Assembly (NCBI RefSeq): GCF_018977255.1
Contig: NW_024704742.1
Span: forward strand, 74,588,001-74,652,000
Direction: 5' to 3'
Source of the DNA: Callorhinchus milii
Lineage: Eukaryota
Length of the DNA stretch: 64,000 bases
Both the position numbers and the translations under genes were made by a program. Positions 62,951 through 64,000 of the stretch are shown in pieces. Below the pieces are notes generated by a model. The model saw nothing but the letters and a program-made list of their open reading frames with translations, ran no database searches and had not been told where the DNA came from. Within the stretch, counting starts at the first letter, position 1, and each line of letters begins with the position of its first letter.

Positions 62951-64000
62951 ACACAGTCACTATACTTTACTGATATCCTGTGAAATATATTGAGACGTCC
63001 TCTTCAGATGTGAAAGATGCTATATCAAACGTAACAATTATTTTAAAGAATACGCAGAGTTTTCCTGTGGCTCTCATGCACTAACACCACATCATCTATT
63101 ACAAGTTTCACTTAAAATGAAACATTATACAGCCTCGTCACTTAATACTAAAAGCATGTGAAGTTTCACAACAAAGCTTATAACATATACATGTGAATAA
63201 ATGAAAGATAATAATATGTAGGCAGACCTTAAGAAAAGGTAGTTTCTAAACTTCTAAATATAAAGCTTTGCTCACATTTATATGTCTAAAGAAAACACAC
63301 ATAAGAATAATTGTTCTGTTCATCTGAAATTTTGGCCTAAATCTGACACATTTACCCCATATGAAAATAACAGAATATCAGCACTGCGTTTACTGAGATG
63401 TTATCCAATGTAAAGAATACAATGCATATTGTTGTTTGTATATTTAAGATACAAGATGTAAAAGTATATTTTATTTGTAGTAATGCTGATAAAAGCAATG
63501 GAATTTGTAGTATAAAGCAATGCTGGGATCTAAGGGACCAATTAAACAAAATTAAGATTTTGATAGTAGCACTATTTTTTTTATTGTATAAAAAGTGATC
63601 ATAGAATTTCTTATATTGTAAAAGAAATTGCTGCTGACATCATAAAATTTGATCATGAATTCCACTGCTGTCCAATGGAATTTTGAGCGGAATGTTTGTT
63701 AAGATAAAAAATGTGTCGAAAAAAGCAGGTTATATAAATAGCTAACCCCCAGCGTTAATGTTATGCATTCCGCATCAGATACTGATTTTGTTTTATAATT
63801 TCTATCTGGATACATTTTAATTCTGCTTCTTATTTCAGAAGTGTTAGTTTAATTATGCCTGTCCAGGGTTTTGTGTTCCAAGCTTCTGTTCCACCAGATA
63901 GATATTGCCAATTATAGACTGGAACATTCAATAGGTTTTTTTTCTTTTTCATTATCCCAGTTGTATATTATGCAAAACCATTTCATTAGATGGATATCAT

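Overview
Eukaryotic, repeat-dense genomic DNA in which I could not identify any intact protein-coding gene. Nearly all ORFs in the supplied track are fragments or antisense shadows of retrotransposons. The repeat repertoire points to a cartilaginous fish, possibly a chimaera (inference). It includes a tRNA-Ala-headed Deu-domain SINE with an L2-type tail, an older SacSINE1-like Deu-SINE, many L2 and CR1 LINE fragments and a Penelope-type inverted repeat. Notable structures: (1) a U2 snRNA 5' segment fused to unidentified sequence that ends in a (CAT)n tract, 22575-22985; (2) a foldback-like element with perfect 27-bp terminal inverted repeats and minisatellite arms, 38112-38532; (3) a recent 99-bp inverted duplication inside an old CR1; (4) three related remnants of an old RTE/RTEX-like LINE, one interrupted by a hAT-Blackjack-like MITE; (5) SINE>MITE>L2 triple nesting; (6) covarying 3' stem-loops shared by SINE and L2 subfamilies; (7) a few weak candidate exons, mostly on the + strand. 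Family names come from motif recognition, not database searches, and the boundaries of old repeats are approximate.
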